This document shows positions 61,728-64,000 of a DNA stretch of 64,000 bases, one piece after another; position 1 is the stretch's first letter; each line of letters opens with the position of its first letter. The notes beneath the pieces were generated by a model. It was not told where the DNA came from, made no database searches, and saw only the letters and a list, made by a program, of their open reading frames with translations. A program made the translations under genes and the position numbers. The stretch comes from an uncultured Candidatus Binatia bacterium (GTDB lineage Bacteria > Desulfobacterota > Binatia > UBA9968 > CAXXLF01). Location of the stretch: NCBI GenBank assembly GCA_965218425.1, contig OZ244621.1:3296001-3360000 (forward strand). The letters run 5' to 3'.

Positions 61728-63077
61728 ATGCGTTTCACCCCTCACACGGATTCAGACAAGGAGCATCTGCTCGAGGCCATTGGCCTAAGCGGGATTGAAG
61801 GACTGTTTAATCACATCCCGCAAAGCCTTAGAGAACAGGCGAGCATCTCTCTGCCTTCGGGCCTGAGCGAGGTGCAAGTAAAAAATAGGATGACCGCCCT
61901 CGCTGCTCGCAATAGCACACCCGGAGATTGGAGTTTTTTTCTTGGCGGCGGTATTTACCACCACGCGATTCCGAGCACGGTGGACGCTGTCATTTCACGG
62001 GGGGAATTCGCAACGGCCTACACCCCCTACCAGCCCGAGGTCAGTCAGGGGACCTTGCAGGCAACCTATGAGTATCAGACCATGATATGTCAACTCACCG
62101 GCATGGAGGTGTCCAACGCTGGATTGTACGACGGTGCCTCAGGGACAGCCGAAGCGGTTCTCATGGCACGGCGAAATCAAAAAAAACGAAATCGGGTTTT
62201 TGTTTCGCGGGCCCTCCATCCACAGTACCGTTTGGTAATCGATACCCACCTAAAGAACCTCGAGGATACTGAAGTGGTTGAAATTCCATTCACCGACACC
62301 GGTGAGACTGACATGGAGTTTTTAACCGAAGAATTGGACCACCGGGCCATCTGTGTGGTGGCGGGCTATCCCAACTTTTTTGGGGCCATCGAGGATCTTG
62401 CCACCATTCGTGAGGCCTGTACCCGACATGGAGTCTTTCTTATCTCGGTGACCACAGAAGCCCTTTCCCTGGCCTTGTTAAAGCCCCCCGGTTTCTGGGG
62501 CGCGGACATTGTGGTGGGTGAAGGGCAGAGCTTGGGACTTCCCATGGGCCTGGGGGGCCCTGGATTTGGTTTTTTTGCCTGTCAGAAAAAGTTCGTGCGC
62601 TCCATGCCAGGAAGGCTGGTGGGTGAAACCGGGGACGCCGATGGGACCCGGGGGTATGTGTTGACCTTGGCCACCAGAGAACAACATATTCGTCGCGAAA
62701 AGGCTACGTCGAACATCTGTACAACCCAGACCCTCTGTACCTTGGCATCAACGGTCTTTATGGCGACCCTGGGAAAAGGAGGGATGCGGCGTCTGGCAGA
62801 GTCTAACGTGGCCCGCGCCCACGAGACCAAAGATCGCTTGGTGAGAGAGGCAAAATTGGTCCTCACCTTCGAAGTTCCTTTCTTCAACGAATTCGTCGTG
62901 ACCGTAAAGGGGTTGACCGAAGTCCTCCAACGATTTGATTCCAAAGGAATCGTTCCCGGTATCCCATTGAAGCCATGGTACCCGGAACTGGAGGAAAGTC
63001 TTCTCGTCTGCGTCACTGAAATGAATGGGAGAGAGGAGATCGATCGACTTGTCGAAACCTTCACGGGAAACAAATAG
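61728..63077 (+). CDS. gcvPA: Glycine dehydrogenase subunit 1
   Basis: AYTPYQPEVSQG, REQHIRREKATSNIC. Confidence 0.97.
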   Translation: MRFTPHTDSDKEHLLEAIGLSGIEGLFNHIPQSLREQASISLPSGLSEVQVKNRMTALAARNSTPGDWSFFLGGGIYHHAIPSTVDAVISRGEFATAYTPYQPEVSQGTLQATYEYQTMICQLTGMEVSNAGLYDGASGTAEAVLMARRNQKKRNRVFVSRALHPQYRLVIDTHLKNLEDTEVVEIPFTDTGETDMEFLTEELDHRAICVVAGYPNFFGAIEDLATIREACTRHGVFLISVTTEALSLALLKPPGFWGADIVVGEGQSLGLPMGLGGPGFGFFACQKKFVRSMPGRLVGETGDADGTRGYVLTLATREQHIRREKATSNICTTQTLCTLASTVFMATLGKGGMRRLAESNVARAHETKDRLVREAKLVLTFEVPFFNEFVVTVKGLTEVLQRFDSKGIVPGIPLKPWYPELEESLLVCVTEMNGREEIDRLVETFTGNK

Positions 63078-64000
63078 CAGGCGCAGTGCGCCTCCCCTCA
63101 TCTTCGAGAGCGGATCTCCAGGGCGGAGCGGTTATTTTTGGCCCGACGAAAAGAAATCGGATTGGATCCCCTCCCAATTTGTGAGAGACGAGATCGCTGG
63201 GTTTCCTGAGTTGGGGGAGCTTGAAGTGTTGCGCCATTTCACTCGCCTGTCTCATCTCAACTACAGCATCGAGGGCCAGTTCTACCCCCTGGGCTCGTGC
63301 ACCATGAAGTATAATCCGAAAATCAATGAAGTGGTTGCACGCTTACCAGGCCTCTCTCTGTTGCACCCGCTGGCTCCGCCGGCCCTCATCCAAGGGGCCC
63401 TGGAGTTATTGTTTGAGCTGGAGCGAATGCTAGTGGAGATCTCGGGAATGGACCACGTTACCCTGCAGCCGGCGGCGGGGGCACAAGGGGAACTGACGGG
63501 GCTCATGATGATTCGTGCCTATCTCACGGCACAGGGCACGCCACGGAAGAAGATACTTGTGCCAGATACCGCACACGGGACCAACCCGGCAAGTTCCAGC
63601 CTCTGCGGTTACGACGTGGTTCAAATCCCGTCGAACGAACGGGGCATCATCGATGCGGAAAAGGTGAGGGCGGTGATGGACGAGGAAGTGGCGGCGTTGA
63701 TGATCACCAACCCCAACACCTTCGGCATCTTTGAGCAAGATATTCAGGTCATTGCCGAGGTGGTTCATCAGAAGGGCGGCCTGGTTTATATGGATGGGGC
63801 TAACCTCAACGCCATTATGGGTGTTGCAAAACCTGGCCATATGGGAGTGGACGCGCTTCATATGAATCTCCATAAGACCTTTTCCACTCCCCATGGTGGT
63901 GGGGGGCCTGGGGCTGGACCGGTGGGTATCAAGGGAATCCTTCGAGACTTTCTCCCCATTCCGCGAATCAGCAAACGCAGTGAGAGTTACGAGTTGAAGG
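63049..64000 (+). CDS. gcvPB: Glycine dehydrogenase subunit 2, partial (runs off the window; probable TTG start)
   Basis: LIFE, YPLGSCTMKYNP, QPAAGAQGE, NLHKTFSTPHGGGGPG. Confidence 0.95.
   Translation, partial: MSKPSRETNSRRSAPPLIFESGSPGRSGYFWPDEKKSDWIPSQFVRDEIAGFPELGELEVLRHFTRLSHLNYSIEGQFYPLGSCTMKYNPKINEVVARLPGLSLLHPLAPPALIQGALELLFELERMLVEISGMDHVTLQPAAGAQGELTGLMMIRAYLTAQGTPRKKILVPDTAHGTNPASSSLCGYDVVQIPSNERGIIDAEKVRAVMDEEVAALMITNPNTFGIFEQDIQVIAEVVHQKGGLVYMDGANLNAIMGVAKPGHMGVDALHMNLHKTFSTPHGGGGPGAGPVGIKGILRDFLPIPRISKRSESYELK

Overview
Bacterial chromosomal window, about 55% GC by eye. Gene order is deltaproteobacteria-like, and the many orphan amidohydrolase, cupin, TPP and SBP paralogues suggest Binatota; this assignment is inference only. 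1-10 kb is a graveyard of IS elements and pseudogenes: an IS5-like relic, two IS256 relics, two IS3-family elements, a shattered DUF262 gene and a truncated extradiol dioxygenase. 10-26 kb and 40-57 kb carry catabolic enzymes of unknown specificity, several with substituted catalytic residues. 26.5-39.5 kb is a core block (ftsEX-envC-ctpA-xseA-M23-xseB-ispA*-tlyA, rpsU-cvpA-dnaG-rpoD-tRNA) in which ispA is frameshifted and internally deleted and dxs is missing from its usual position. 59-64 kb is folD-gcvT-gcvH-gcvPA-gcvPB. The most notable unexplained signal is a ~250-bp structured intergenic repeat family. It has five copies with compensatory base changes, lies in sense orientation upstream of a gene at every locus, and three copies have been invaded by other elements (an IS3 with a 4-bp TSD, a palindromic MITE-like unit, a heptamer array). 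Other leads are a coupled lipoprotein plus 838-aa secreted TPR-like gene pair and a radical SAM enzyme with an 87-aa tandem duplication. No CRISPR array or rRNA was seen.
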